A stretch of 64,000 bases of DNA from Isurus oxyrinchus (GCA_026770705.1 JANJGN010000034.1:13020001-13084000), one strand, 5' to 3'; positions 1 through 13,720 are shown, counted from the first letter of the stretch. Notes: generated from the letters alone by a model not told the origin. Numbers and translations: made by a program.

Positions 1-750
1 AGCCCCTACAACACTCCCTATCTCTGTTACCTCCTCCAGCCCCTACAATTCTCCCTATCTCTGTAACCTCCTCCAGCCCCTACAACTCTCCCTATCTCTG
101 TAACCTCCTCCAGCCCCTATAACCCTCCCTATCTCTGTAACCTCCTCCAGCCCCTACAACCCTCACTATCTCTGTAACCTCCTCCAGCCCCTACATCCCT
201 CACTATCTCTGTAACCTCCTGCAGCCCCTACAGCTCTCCCTATCTCTGTAACCTCCTCCAGCCCCTACAACCCTCCCTATCTCTGTAACCTCCTCCAGCC
301 CCTACAGACCTCCCTATCTCTGTAACCTCCTGCAGCCCCTACAACCCTCCCTATCTCTGTAACCTCCTCCAGCCCCTACACCCTCCCTATCTCTGTAACC
401 TCCTCCAGCCCCTACAGACCTCACTATCTCTGTAACCTCCTCCAGCCCCTACAACCCTCCCTATCTCTGTAACCTCCTGCAGCCCCTACAGCTCTCCCTA
501 TCTCTGTAACCTCCTCCAGCCCCTACAGACCTCACTATCTCTGTAACCTCCTCCAGCCCCTACAACCCTCCCTATCTCTGTAACCTCCTCCAGCCCCTAC
601 AACCCTCCCTATCTCCGTAACCTCCTCCAGCCCCTACAACCCTCCCTATCTCTGTAACCTCCTCCAGCCCCTACAACCCTCCCTATCTCTGTAACCTCCT
701 CCAGCCCCTACAACCCTCACTATCTCTGTAACCGCCTCCAGCCCTCATAA
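1..750 (+). repeat. 39-bp tandem minisatellite (cctccagcccctacaaccctccctatctctgtaacct..), about 19 copies, running off the window start
   Basis: Unit directly visible; it grades into the LINE-like tail at 751-1045. Confidence 0.95.
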
Positions 751-1045
751 CCATTTGAGATCTCTGCGCTCCTCTAATCCTGGCCTCTTGAACATCCCAC
801 AATTTGAATCACACCACGATTGGTGGCCGTGCCTTCAGCTGGGCTGAACGTCTCCCTAAACTTCTCTGTCTCCCTCCATCTCTTTCCTCCCTGTAACTTC
901 GTCCTTAGACTGAGATTTTGGGCACCTGAGTTAACACTGCTTTATGCTCAGTGACAACTATAGGTTTATACCGCTCTTGTGAAGCACCTTGGGATGTTTT
1001 ATCGCATTTGGGAGATACTAAGTAAATGCAAATGTTTGTTGTTGT
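751..1045 (+). mobile_element. Degenerate LINE 3' end, probably L2 clade
   Basis: ggtggccgtgccttcagc ... tgtgaagcaccttgggatgtttt ... aaatgcaaatgtttgttgttg resembles an L2-type 3' terminus with a short-repeat tail; recognised by eye. Confidence 0.55.
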
Positions 1046-1624
1046 ATTGAATTAAGTCAAAAAGGAAGTGAAATTGCAAACTTTGCAAAAGTGTTTGTGT
1101 ATGAGCTGGATCCCAGATAAATCAATCCAGCTTAATATAAACACCATTGCAGCCAGGCTGCCTTTTGCCTACCCAAGTATCTCTCTGTTAGGGTTACTCA
1201 ATCCTAATGTCGAAATCACTCCTCTCGAACTTCGCAATGCGAGTGGAGGCTTTTCACAACGATGTGAAAGATTTCTCTTTCCACTACACCTAATCCTGAA
1301 AGTGGAAGTTAGAACCACAACTGAGAGCAAATGGGAGCATGTTATTGTGCCCAGTTTCCCATGGAGTATAAGTGTCCCCGGAGAACTTCAATTAGCTGAG
1401 AGACTCAATGACTGAAGCACAACAAGCTTTCGGGCGGAACAGACTGCTTTCTTTCATGGGAGCTTTACTACAGATACTAAGCATCCAAAAGCAGCTACTG
1501 ACACGTTCATTTCTACTCCCGATGTCTACTGATGACGTTCATAGGCAATTCTGGTAAAGTGAATCTTTCACTGCTGGTTGGTCAGCTGCTGTAAATTGAC
1601 AGGTGAGTAGGTGTATAGGCAGGT

Positions 1625-4600
1625 AGGTAGATGGTTACAAGGCAGAGAGACAGGCAGGTGGGTACAAGGCAGAGAGACAGGCAGGTGGGTACAAGGCAGA
1701 GAGACAGGCAGGTGGGTACAAGGCAGAGAGACAGGCAGGTGGGTACAAGGCAGAGAGACAGGCAGGTGGGTACAAGGCAGAGAGACAGGCAGGTGGGTAC
1801 AAGGCAGAGATATAGGCAGGTGGGTACAAGGCAGAGAGACAGGCAGGCAGGTGGAAACAAGGCAGAGAGACAGGCAGGCGGGCGGGTACAAGGCAGAGAG
1901 ACAGGCAGGCAGGTGGAAACAAGGCAGAGAGACAGGCAGGCGGGTGGGTACAAGGCAGAGAGACAGGCAGGTGGGTACAAGGCAGAGAGACAGGCAGGTG
2001 GGTACAAGGCAGAGACAGGCAGGCGGGTAGATACAAGGCAGAGAGACAGGCAGGTGGGTGGGTACAAGGCAGAGAGACAGGCAGGTGGGTGGGTAAAAGA
2101 CAGAGAGAGACAGGCAGCCATGTACAAGGAAGAGAGACAGGAAGGCAGGTGGGTACAAGGCAGAGAGACAGGCAGGCAGGCAGGTACAAGGAAGAGAGAC
2201 AGGAAGGCAGGTGGGTACAAGGCAGAGAGACAGGTGGGTGGGTAAAAGACAGAGAGACAGGCGGGTGGGTACAAGGCAGAGAGACAGGCAGGCGGGTAGG
2301 CACAAGGCAGAGAGACAGGCAGGCAGGTGGGTACAAGGCAGAGGGACAGGCACGTGGGTGGGTACAAGGCAGAGAGACAGGCATGTGGGTACAAGGCAGA
2401 GAGACAGGCAGGTGGGTACAAGGCAGAGAGACAGGCAGGCAGGTGGGTACAAGGCAGAGAGACAGGCAGGCAGGTGGGTACAAGGCAGAGAGACAGTCAG
2501 GCAGGAGGGAACAAGGCAGAGATATAGGCAGGCAGGTGGGTACAAGGCAGAGATATAGACAGGCAGGTGGGTACAAGGCAGAGATATAGGCAGGTGGGTA
2601 CAAGGCAGAGAGACAGGCAGGCAGGTGGGTACAAGGCAGAGAGACAGGCAGGCGGGTGGGTACAAGGCAGAGAGACAGGCAGGTGGGTTCAAGGCAGAGA
2701 GACAGGCGGGTGGGTACAAGGCAGAGAGACAGGCAGGCAGGTGGAAACAAGGCAGAGAGACAGGCAGGTGGGTGGGTACGAGGCAGAGAGACAGGCAGGT
2801 GGGTGGGTAAAAGACAGAGAGAGACAGGCAGGCAGGTACAAGGAAGAGAGACAGGAAGGCAGGTGGGTACAAGGCAGAGACAGGCGGGTGGGTAAAAGAC
2901 AGAGAGACAGGCGGGTGGGTACAAGGCAGAGAGACAGGCAGGTGGGTGGGCACAAGGCAGAGAGACAGGCAGGCAGGTGGGTACAAGGCAGAGAGACAGG
3001 CACGTGGGTGGGTACAAGGCAGAGAGACAGGCAGGTGGGTACAAGGCAGAGAGACAGGCAGGCAGGTGGGTACAAGGCAGAGAGACAGGCAGGCAGGTGG
3101 GTACAAGGCAGAGAGACAGGCAGGCAGGAGGGAACAAGGCAGAGACATAGGCAGGCAGGTGGGTACAACACAGAGATATAGACAGGCAGGTGGGTACAAG
3201 GCAGAGAGACAGGCAGGTGGGTACAAGGCAGAGAGACAGGCAGGCAGGTGGAAACAAGGCAGAGAGACAGGCAGGCAGGTGGGTACAAGGCAGAGAGACA
3301 GGCATGTGGGTACAAGGCAGAGAGACAGGCAGGTGGGTGGGTGCAAGGCAGAGAGACAGGCAGGCAGGTGGGTACAAGGCAGAGAGACAAGCAGGTGGGT
3401 ACAAGGCAGAGATGTAGGCAGGTGGGTACAAGGCAGAGAGACAGGCAGGCAGGTGGAAACAAGGCAGAGAGACAGGCAGGCGGGTGGGTACAAGGCAGAG
3501 AGACAGGCAGGTGGGTAACAAGGCAGAGAGACAGGCAGGTGGGTGGGTGCAAGGCAGCGAGACAGGCAGGCGGGTGCAAGGCAGAGAGACAGGCAGGTGG
3601 GTGGATGCAAGGCAGAGAGACAGGCAGGTGGGTGCAAGGCAGAGAGACAGGCAGGTGGGTGGGTGCAAGGCAGAGAGACAGGCAGGTGGGTACAAGGCAG
3701 AGAGACAGGCAGGTGGGTGGGTAAAAGACAGAGAGAGACAGGCAGCCATGTACAAGGAAGAGGGACAGGAAGGCAGGTGGGTACAAGGCAGAGAGACAGG
3801 CAGGCAGGCAGGTACAAGGCAGAGAGACAGGCAGGCAGGTGGGCACAAGGCAGAGAGACAGGCAGGCAGGTGGGTACAAGGCAGAGGGACAGGCACGTGG
3901 GTGGGTACAAGGCAGAGAGACAGGCATGTGGGTACAAGGCAGAGAGACAGGCAGGTGGGTACAAGGCAGAGAGACAGGCAGGCAGGTGGGTACAAGGCAG
4001 AGAGACAGGCAGGCAGGTGGGTACAAGGCAGAGAGACAGTCAGGCAGGAGGGAACAAGGCAGAGATATAGGCAGGCAGGTGGGTACAAGGCAGAGATATA
4101 GACAGGCAGGTGGGTACAAGGCAGAGATATAGGCAGGTGGGTACAAGGCAGAGAGACAGGCAGGCAGGTGGGTACAAGGCAGAGAGACAGGCAGGCGGGT
4201 GGGTACAAGGCAGAGAGACAGGCAGGTGGGTTCAAGGCAGAGAGACAGGCGGGTGGGTACAAGGCAGAGAGACAGGCAGGCAGGAGGGAACAAGGCAGAG
4301 ACATAGGCAGGCAGGTGGGTACAACACAGAGATATAGACAGGCAGGTGGGTACAAGGCAGAGAGACAGGCAGGTGGGTACAAGGCAGAGAGACAGGCAGG
4401 CAGGTGGAAACAAGGCAGAGAGACAGGCAGGCAGGTGGGTACAAGGCAGAGAGACAGGCATGTGGGTACAAGGCAGAGAGACAGGCAGGTGGGTGGGTGC
4501 AAGGCAGAGAGACAGGCAGGTGGGTACAAGGCAGAGAGACAAGCAGGTGGGTACAAGGCAGAGATGTAGGCAGGTGGGTACAAGGCAGAGAGACAGGCAG

Positions 4601-7600
4601 GCAGGTGGAAACAAGGCAGAGAGACAGGCAGGCGGGTGGGTACAAGGCAGAGAGACAGGCAGGTGGGTAACAAGGCAGAGAGACAGGCAGGTGGGTGGGT
4701 GCAAGGCAGCGAGACAGGCAGGCGGGTGCAAGGCAGAGAGACAGGCAGGTGGGTGGATGCAAGGCAGAGAGACAGGCAGGTGGGTGCAAGGCAGAGAGAC
4801 AGGCAGGTGGGTGGGTGCAAGGCAGAGAGACAGGCAGGTGGGTACAAGGCAGAGAGACAGGCAGGCAGGTGGGTACAAGACAGAGAGACATGCAGGTGGG
4901 TGGGTACAAGGCAGAGAGACAGGCAGGCAGGTGGGTACAAGACAGAGAGACATGCAGGCAGGAGGGAACAAGGCGGAGAGACAGGCAGGCAGGTATAGGC
5001 AGAGAGACAGGCAGGCGGGTGGGTACAAGGCAGATATATGGGCAGGCAGGTGGGTACAAGGCAGAGAGACAGGAAGTGGAAACAAGGCAGATAGACAGGC
5101 AGGTGGGTACAAGGCAGAGAGACAGGCAGGCAGGTGGGTACAAGGCAGAGAGACAGGCAGGCAGGTGGGTACAAGGCAGAGAGACAGACAGGCAGGAGGG
5201 AACAAGGCAGAGAGACAGGCAGGCAGGTGGGCATAAGGCAGAGAGACAGGCAGGCAGGTGGGTACAAGGCAGAGGGACAGGCAGGTGGGTACAAGGCAGA
5301 GAGACAGGCAGGCAGGAGGGTACAAGGCAGAGAGACAGGCAGGCAGGTGGGTACAAGGCAGAGAGACAGGCAGGCAGGTGGGTACAAGGCAGAGAGACAG
5401 GCAGACGGGTGGGTACAAGGCAGAGAGACAGGAAGGCAGGTGGGTACAAGGCAGAGAGACAGGCAGACGGGTGGGTACAAGGCAGAGAGACAGGAAGGCG
5501 GAGGGAACAAGGCAGAGAGACAGGCAGGCAGGTGGGTACAAGGCAGAGAGACAGGCAGGTGGGTGGGTACAAGGCAGAGAGACAGGCAGGCGGGTATAAG
5601 GCAAAGAGACAGGCAGGTGGGTGGGTACAAGGCATAGAGACGGGCAGGTGGGTGGGTACAAGGCAGAGAGACAGGCAGGTGGGTGGGTACAAGGCAGAGA
5701 GACACGCAGGCGGGTATAAGGCAGAGAGACAGGCAGGTGGGTATAAGGCAAAGAGACAGGCAGGTGGGTGGGTACAAGGCATAGAGACAGGCAGGTGGGT
5801 GGGTACAAGGCAGAGAGACAGGCAGGTGGGTGGGTACAAGGCAGAGAGACAGGCAGGCGGGTATAAGGCAGAGAGACAGGCAGGTGGGTATAAGGCAGAG
5901 AGACAGGCAGGCGGGTATAAGGCAGAGAGACAGGCAGGTGAGTGGATGCAAGGCAGAGAGACAGGCAGGTGGGTGGGTGCAAGGCAGAGAGACAGGCAGG
6001 CGGGTATAAGGCAGAGAGACAGGCAGGTGGGTGGGTGCAAGGCAGAGAGACAGGCAGGTGGGTATAAGGCAGAGAGACAGGCAGGCGGGTGAGTTCAAAT
6101 AAGAGAGACAGACAGGCAGCTGGTTACAAGGCAGAGAGACAGGCAGGCAGGTACAAGGCAGAGAGACAGGCAGGCGGGTGGATACAAGGCAGAGAGACAG
6201 GCAGGCAGGTGGGTACAAGGCAGAGAGACAGGCAGGCGGGTGGATACAAGGCAGAGAGAGAGGCAGGCAGGTACAAGGCAGAGAGACAGGCAGGCGGGTG
6301 GATACAAGGCAGAGAGACAGGCTGATGGGTGGGTACATGGCAGTGAGACATGCAGAAATGTTGGTACAAGGCAGAGAGACAGGCAGGCAGGTGGGTACAA
6401 GGCAGAGAGACAGGCAGGCGGGTGGGTACAAGGCAGAGAGACAGGCAGGCAGGCAGGTACAATGCAGAGAGACAGGCAGGCAGGAGGGAACAAGGCAGAG
6501 AGACAGGCAGGCGGGTATAGGCAGAGAGACAGGCACGCGGGTGGGTACAAGGCAGATATATAGGCAGGCAGGTGGGTACAAGGCAGAGAGACAGGCAGGC
6601 GGGTATAAGGCAGAGAGACAGGCAGGTGAGTGGATGCAAGGCAGAGAGACAGGCAGGTGGGTGGGTGCAAGGCAGAGAGACAGGCAGGCGGGTATAAGGC
6701 AGAGAGACAGGCAGGTGGGTGGGTGCAAGGCAGAGAGACAGGCAGGTGGGTATAAGGCAGAGAGACAGGCAGGCGGGTGAGTTCAAATAAGAGAGACAGA
6801 CAGGCAGCTGGTTACAAGGCAGAGAGACAGGCAGGCAGGTACAAGGCAGAGAGACAGGCAGGCGGGTGGATACAAGGCAGAGAGACAGGCAGGCAGGTGG
6901 GTACAAGGCAGAGAGACAGGCAGGCAGGTGGGTACAAGGCAGAGAGACAGGCAGGCGGAGGGAACAAGGCAGAGAGACAGGCAGGCAGGTGGGTACAAGG
7001 CAGAGAGACAGGCAGGTGGGTGGGTACAAGGCAGAGAGACAGGCAGGCGGGTATACGGCAGAGAGCAGGCAGGCGGGTATAAGGCAGAGTGACAGGCAGA
7101 CAGGTGGGTACAAGGCAGAGAGACAGGCAGGTGGGTGGGTACAAGGCAGAGAGACAGGCAGGCGGGTATAAGGCAGAGAGACAGGCAGGCGGGTATAAGG
7201 CAGAGAGACAGGCAGGTGGGTGGGTACAAGGCATAGAGACAGGTAGGTGGATGGGTACAAGGCAGAGAGACAGGCAGGTGGGTGGGTACAAGGCAGAGAG
7301 ACACGCAGGCGGGTATAAGGCAGAGAGACAGGCAGGCGGGTATAAGGCAGAGAGACAGGCAGGCAGGTACAAGGCAGAGAGACAGGCAGGCGTGTGGATA
7401 CAAGGCAGAGAGACAGGCTGATGGGTGGGTACATGGCAGTGAGACATGCAGAAATGTTGGTACAAGGCAGAGAGACAGGCAGGCAGGTGGGTACAAGGCA
7501 GAGAGACAGGCAGGCAGGTGGGTACAAGGCAGAGAGGCAGGCAGGAGGGTGGGTACAAGGCAGAGAGACAGGCAGGCAGGCAGGTACAAGGCAGAGAGAC

Positions 7601-9900
7601 AGGCAGGCAGGAGGGAACAAGGCAGAGAGACAGGCAGGCGGGTATAGGCAGAGAGACAGGCAGGCGGGTGGGTACAAGGCAGATATATAGGCAGGCAGGT
7701 GGGTACAAGGCAGAGAGACAGGCAGTGGAAACAAGGCAGATAGACAGGCAGGTGGGTACAAGGCAGAGAGACAGGCAGGCAGGTGGGTACAAGGCAGAAA
7801 GACAGACAGGCAGGAGGGAACAAGGCAGAGAGACAGGCAGGCAGGAGGGAACAAGGCAGAGAGACAGGCAGGCAGGTGGGTACAAGGCAGAGAGACAGGC
7901 AGGTGGAGGGAACAAAGCAGAGAGACAGGCAGGCAGGTGGGTACAAGGCAGAGAGACAGGCAGATGGGTGGGTACAAGGCAGAGAGACAGGCAGGCGATA
8001 ATAAGGCAGAGAGACAGGCAGGCGGGTATAAGGCAGAGAGACAGGCAGGTGGGTGGGTACAAGGCATAGAGACAGGCAGGTGGGTGGGTACAAGGCAGAG
8101 AGATACGCAGGCGGGTATAAGGCAGAGAGACAGGCAGGTGGGTATAAGGCAGAGAGACAGGCAGGCGGGTATAAGGCAGAGAGACAGGCAGGTGGGTATA
8201 AGGCAGAGAGACAGGCAGGCGGGTACAAGGCAGAGAGACAGGCAGGCGGGTGTGTTCAAATAAGAGAGACAGACAGGCAGCTGGTTACAAGGCAGAGAGA
8301 CAGGCAGGCAGGTACAAGGCAGAGAGACAGGCAGGCGGGTGGATACAAGGCAGAGAGACAGGCTGATGGGTGGGTACATGGCAGTGAGACATGCAGAAAT
8401 GTTGGTACAAGGCAGAGAGACAGGCAGGCAGGTGGGTACAAGGCAGAGAGACAGGCAGGCAGGTGGGTACAAGGCAGAGAGACAGGCAGGCGGGTGGGTA
8501 CAAGGCAGAGAGACAGGCAGGCAGGAGGGTACAAGGCAGAGAGACAGGCAGGCGGGTGGGTACAAGGCAGAGAGACAGGCAGGCAGGAGGGTACATGGCA
8601 GAGAGACAGGCTGTTGGGTGGGTATAAGGCAGAGAGACAGGCAGGTGGGTATAAGGCAGAGAGACAGGCAGGCTGGTATAAGGCAGAGAGACAGGCAGGC
8701 GGGTACAAGGCAGAGAGACAGGCAGGCGGGTATAAGGCAGAGAGACAGGCAGGTGGGTATAAGGCAGAGAGACAGGCAGGCGGGTACAAGGCAGAGAGAC
8801 AGGCAGGTGGGTACAAGGCAGAGAGACAGGCAGGTGGGTGGGTGCAAGGCAGAGAGACAGGCAGGTGGGTACAAGGCAGAGAGACAGGCAGGTGGGTGGG
8901 TGCAAGGCAGAGAGACAGGCAGGTGGGTACAAGGCAGAGAGACAGGCAGGTGGGTGGGTGCAAGGCAGAGAGACAGGCAGGCGGGTGTAAGGCAGAAAGA
9001 CAGGCAGGTGAGTGGGTGCAAGGCAGAGAGACAGGCAGGCAGGTGGGTGCAAGGCAGAGAGACAGGCAGGTGGGTGGGTGCAAGGCAGAGAGACAGGCAG
9101 GCGGGTATAAGGCAGAGAGACAGGCAGGTGTGTGGGTGCAAGGCAGAGAGGCAGGCAGGTGGGTATAAGGCAGAGAGACAGGCAGGCGGGTGAGTTCAAA
9201 GAAGAGAGTCAGCTGGGTACAAAGCAGACAGACAGGCAGGCAGGTTGGTACAAGGCAGAGAGACAGGCAGGTTGGTACAAGGCAGAGAGACAGGCAGGCA
9301 GGTACAAGGCAGAGAGACAGGCAGGCAAGTTGGTACAAGGCAGAGAGACAGGCAGGCGGGTGGATACAAGGCAGAGAGACAGGCAGGCAGGTGGGTACAA
9401 GGCAGAGAGACATGCAGGCGGGTGGATACAAGGCAGAGAGACAGGCAGGCAGGTACAAGGCAGAGAGACAGGCAGGCGTGTGGATACAAGGCAGAGAGAC
9501 AGGCTGATGGGTGGGTACATGGCAGTGAGACATGCAGAAATGTTGGTACAAGGCAGAGAGACAGGCAGGCAGGTGGGTACAAGGCAGAGAGACAGGCAGG
9601 CAGGTGAGTACAAGGCAGAGAGACAGGCAGGCGGGTGGATACAAGGCAGAGAGACAGGCAGGCAGGCAGGTACAAGGCAGGAAGACAGGCAGGCGTGTGG
9701 ATACAAGGCAGAGAGACAGGCAGGCAGGTGGGTACAAGGCAGAGAGACAGGCTGATGGGTGGGTACATGGCACTGAGATAGGCAGGCGGGTGGGTACAAG
9801 GCAGAGAGACAGGCAGGCAGGCGGGTACAAGGCAGAGAGACGGGCAGTGGGTACAAGGCAGAGAGACTGGCAGTCAGGTGGGTGCAAGGCAAAGAGACCT
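1625..9900 (+). repeat. 8.3-kb minisatellite, variable 27-35 bp unit (gggtacaaggcagagagacaggca[ggca]ggt)
   Basis: Continuous tandem units with recurring variant blocks; explains all long ORFs between 1568 and 9963. Confidence 0.98.
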
Positions 9901-10200
9901 GCAGACAGACAGACAGATAGATGGATGAAATATCAGGACATCGCTGAGATGGGCAGATGTTAGTTATACCTGGTGAAGTTGTCTGGAATTTGAGTTAATC
10001 CCATAAGACATTAGCCATTCCCCTCAGTGTTTTTGTCAAAATGTGATGTTTGTAGGTGCCAGCTGCTTTTGTTTTTTCCCAACTAGGGTTTCATTCAAAA
10101 TAAGCAATTTGGAATACAATATATCACATGACTGCCATCCTCAAAGACAGTAGATGTTAAATCGTTAAGACTGTCGGTCCTTTTCTTGGTAACTGCCATT

Positions 10201-10443
10201 TTATTTTTTGCTTTCAACCTTCCTTGTTCCTTTTTTGTTGCGTTTCTTGGCAAACCACATATTCCTCAGGAACTTGGGATCACCTCCTTTCAGGGGTTCA
10301 AATCGATAAGACTTGGGCTTTTTGATCCTTGTCCTGTGCCATTTGCTGGACTGATTGTTGTTGGTGTAATTCTGGCACTTGGCCATGACTCTCCACTGAT
10401 CTCCTGAACCTCCTGCTCCACCACCAGCAGCCACCGGAAGAGC
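10201..10443 (-). pseudogene. RPL29: Processed retrocopy of 60S ribosomal protein L29 (ORF 10386-10201, 61 aa) with 5' UTR
   Basis: [53 protein letters not shown] matches eL29 ([40 protein letters not shown]). Intronless, several conserved residues altered, upstream ctcttccgg resembles a 5'-TOP start. Confidence 0.9.
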
Positions 10444-10837
10444 ACAAGGAAGCAGTTCTCCCCTAGTTGCGTAAATGTGCTGCAGCTGTATTGCAATATA
10501 ACCCACCAATTAGATAAAGCACCATTTATCAGTACTCAGAGTCAGAGGAATCACACTCTGCTGAAACACCGTAGGTTATTAAACTGAATCCAAACTCCTG
10601 TGAGTGAGAATCCCCGCGGAGAAGGGAAATCGACTTCAAACCGAGATCTTTTGGGATTGAACCGTGGACATCTGCTCCATATAACGTCACCCAGGGAGAA
10701 AACTGAATCAAACAGCTGTAACGTTGAACACATGGAGACCAGCTAAAGGACAGTTAACTGTACATCCCTTTGATTGTTTTTTTCTTCACAAACTGTCAAA
10801 TGTTTTAAATATATCCTCTTATTCTACATTCTGTACT

Positions 10838-11400
10838 AGTGTGTGTGAGTGTGTGTGAGTCTGTATGTGTATGTGTGAGAGAGTATGTGAGAGTGAGAGT
10901 GAGTTTGGGTATGTGAGTGTGGGTGTGTGTGTGTGATTGATTATGTGTGTGTGTTAATGTGAGTGCATGTGTGTGTGCGTTTGTGTGTGAGCGTGTATAT
11001 GTATGTGTGAAAGTGTGTGGGTTTGTGGGCGTGTGAGTGTGTGTGCATGTGTCTATGTGCGAGTGTGTGCCTGTGTGTGTGTGTGAATGTGAGAGTGAGT
11101 TTGTGAGTGTGTGGGAGTGTGAGTGTGGATGTGAGTGTGTGTGTGTGTGTGTGTGTGTAAGTGCGTGTGCCTTTGTGTGTGTGTGTGATTGTGAGAGTGT
11201 GAGTGTTTGTTTGAATGTGTGAGTGTGTGTGTGTGTGTAATTGCGTGTGCCTTTGTATGTGTGAGTGTGACTGGGAGATTGTAAGTGTGAGTGTTTGTCT
11301 GAATGTGTGTGTGTGTGTGTGTGTGTGTGACTGTTAGTGTGTGAGTTTGTGTCAGTGAGTGTGAGTGTATGTCTGTGGGTGTGTGTGTGTGTGTGTGTGA
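10838..11400. repeat. Imperfect (GT)n microsatellite
   Basis: Directly visible. Confidence 0.95.
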
Positions 11401-11664
11401 CATATGAATGGTGAGGAAGATTTACCTAGCTGTTTTTTTTAATTCAGGAAGTATCTTCAATGAGTTTTTCTTGATCTTTGATTTAAGCTCAGAAAATGTG
11501 TCTGATCAATTCTTTATAATCTGAAGGTGCACATAGTGGGTCCCCTGCAGTATTGACAAAGCACATTCTTGCTAAATTCACAACAAAAATCCTAGAACAG
11601 CCAGACCTGGAGTAGTAAATCGAGGGAGTTAATTTTTACTCTTGTCTCGTGGTTGTAAAAGAGG

Positions 11665-12388
11665 TCATCTGTAAAGGAAGAGTTTGTTAGAAAGACAGTT
11701 AGCTGTAAGCTGCAGGAGGATATCAATGGACTGGACAGATGGGCAGGTCAGTGGCAAATGGAATTCAACACGGAAAAGTTTGGGGTAATGCACTTGGGGA
11801 GGGCTAACAAGGCAAGGGGTTACACTAGGAATGGTAGAACCCTGGAAAGTACTGGAGATCAGAGAGACCTTGGTGTGCCTATGCACAGATCCCTGAGGGT
11901 AGCTGGGCAGGTAGATGAAGTGGTTAAGAAGACATATGGAGCTACTTGCCTTTAATAGCTGGGGCATGGAATACAAGAGCAGGGAGGTTATGCTGGAACT
12001 GCGTAAAGTGCTGGTTAGACCACAACTGGAGTACTGTGTGCAGTTCTGGTAACCACATTGTAGGAAGGGTGTGATTGCACTGGAGAGGGTGCAGAGGGGA
12101 TTTACCAGGATGCTGTCTGGGCTGGAGAGTCTGAGCTATGAGGAAAGATGGATAGGCTGGGGTTGTTTTCCTTGGAGCAGTGAAGATTGAGAGGGGTAAA
12201 AACAAAAAACTGCGGATGCTGGAAATCCAAAACAAAAACAGAATTACCTGGAAAAACTCAGCAGGTCTGGCAGCATCGGCGGAGAAGAAAAGAGTTGATG
12301 TTTCGAGTCCTCATGACCCTTCGACAGAACTTGATTTCGAGTCCAAGAAAGAGTTGAAATATAAGCTGGTTTAAGGTGTGTGTGTGTG

Positions 12389-12428
<40 letters not shown>

Positions 12429-13720
12429 GATAGAGAGAGAGAGAGAGGTGGTTGTGTAGACAAACAAGCAGTGATAGAAGCAGATCATCAAAAGATGTCA
12501 GCGACAATGGTGCAAAAGAACACATAGGTGTTAAAGTTAAAGTTGGTGATATTATCTAAACGAATGTGCTAATTAAGAATGGATGGTAGGGCACTCAAGG
12601 CTCTAGTGGGGGTGGGGGGAGCATAAAAGATTTTAAAATATTTAAAAATAATGGAAATAGGTGAGAAAAGAAAAATCTATATAATTTATTGGGGAAAAAA
12701 AAGGGGGGAAACAGAAAGGGGGTGGGGATGGGGGGGGGGATCTCACGACCTGAAGTTGTTGAATTCAATATTCAGTCCGGAAGGCTGTAAGGTGCCTAGT
12801 CGGAAGATAAGGTGTTGTTCCTCCAGTTTGCGTTGGGCTTCACTGGAACAATGCAGCAAGCCATGGACAGACATGTGGGCAAGAGAGCAGGGTGGAGTGT
12901 TAAAATGGCAAGCGACAGGGAGGTTTGGGTCATTCTTGCGGACAGACCGCAGGTGTTCTGCAAAGCGGTCGCCCAGTTTACGTTTGGTCTCTCCAATGTA
13001 GAGGAGACCACATTGGGAGCAACGAATGCAGTAGACTAAGTTGGGGGAAATGCAAGTGACATGCTGCTTCACTTGAAAGGAGTGTTTGGGCCCTTGGACG
13101 GTGAGGAGAGAGGAAGTGAAGGGGCAGGTGTTACATCTTTTGCGTGGGCATGGGGTGGTGCCATAGGAGGGGGTTGAGGAGTAGGGGGTGATGGAGGAGT
13201 GGACCAGGGTGTCCCGGAGGGACCAATCCCCACGGAATGCCGATAAGGTGGGTGAAGGGAAGATGTGTTTGGTGGTGGCATCATGCTGGAGTTGGCCGAA
13301 ATGGCGGAGGATGATCCTTTGAATGCGGAGGCTGGTGGGGTGATAAGTGAGGACAAGATTGAGAGGGGACCTGATAGAGGTGTATAAGATTACGAGGGGC
13401 ACTTTTTCCATCAGTAGAAGGGTCAACAACCAGGGAGCACAGATTTAAGGTAAGAGGTAGAAGGCTAAGAGGGGAGTTGAGGAGAAATATTTTCACCCAG
13501 AGGGTGGTGAGAATCTGGAGCTCACTGCTTGAAAGGGTGGTTGAGTCAGAAACTCATGTAATATTTAAGAAGTATTTAGATATCCCTTTGCATTGCCAGA
13601 GCCTCCAAGGCTATGGGCCAAATGCTGGAAAATGGGATTAGTGTGATCAGATCTTTGTTGACCAGTGCGGACATGATGGGCCGAATGGCTTCCTTCTGTG
13701 CTGTAAACATCTGTGAGCCT
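11665..13720 (+). mobile_element. CR1-clade LINE 3' fragment (11665-12196 and 13355-13720), interrupted by a PLE
   Basis: Remnants WQMEFNTEK..VMHLG, RDLGV, RPQLEYCVQFW and FTQRVVRIW; the frame resumes after the insertion. Confidence 0.9.
12197..13354 (-). mobile_element. 5'-truncated Penelope-like element (GIY-YIG endonuclease plus 3' UTR) with 14-bp TSD
   Basis: ORF contains NLVYCIRCSQCGLLYIGET..RFAEH..GLN; aagattgagagggg at 12183-12196 and 13355-13368. Confidence 0.93.

Noticed and set aside
1068-1415. 115-aa ORF
   Set aside because: GTG start, no recognisable domain, no splice support.
1568-9963. Very long overlapping ORFs (up to 1697 aa)
   Set aside because: Translations of a stop-poor minisatellite, open in several frames on both strands.
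10040-10140. ITIM-like ILYSKL on the minus strand
   Set aside because: Short frame downstream of the RPL29 retrocopy with no acceptor; likely chance.
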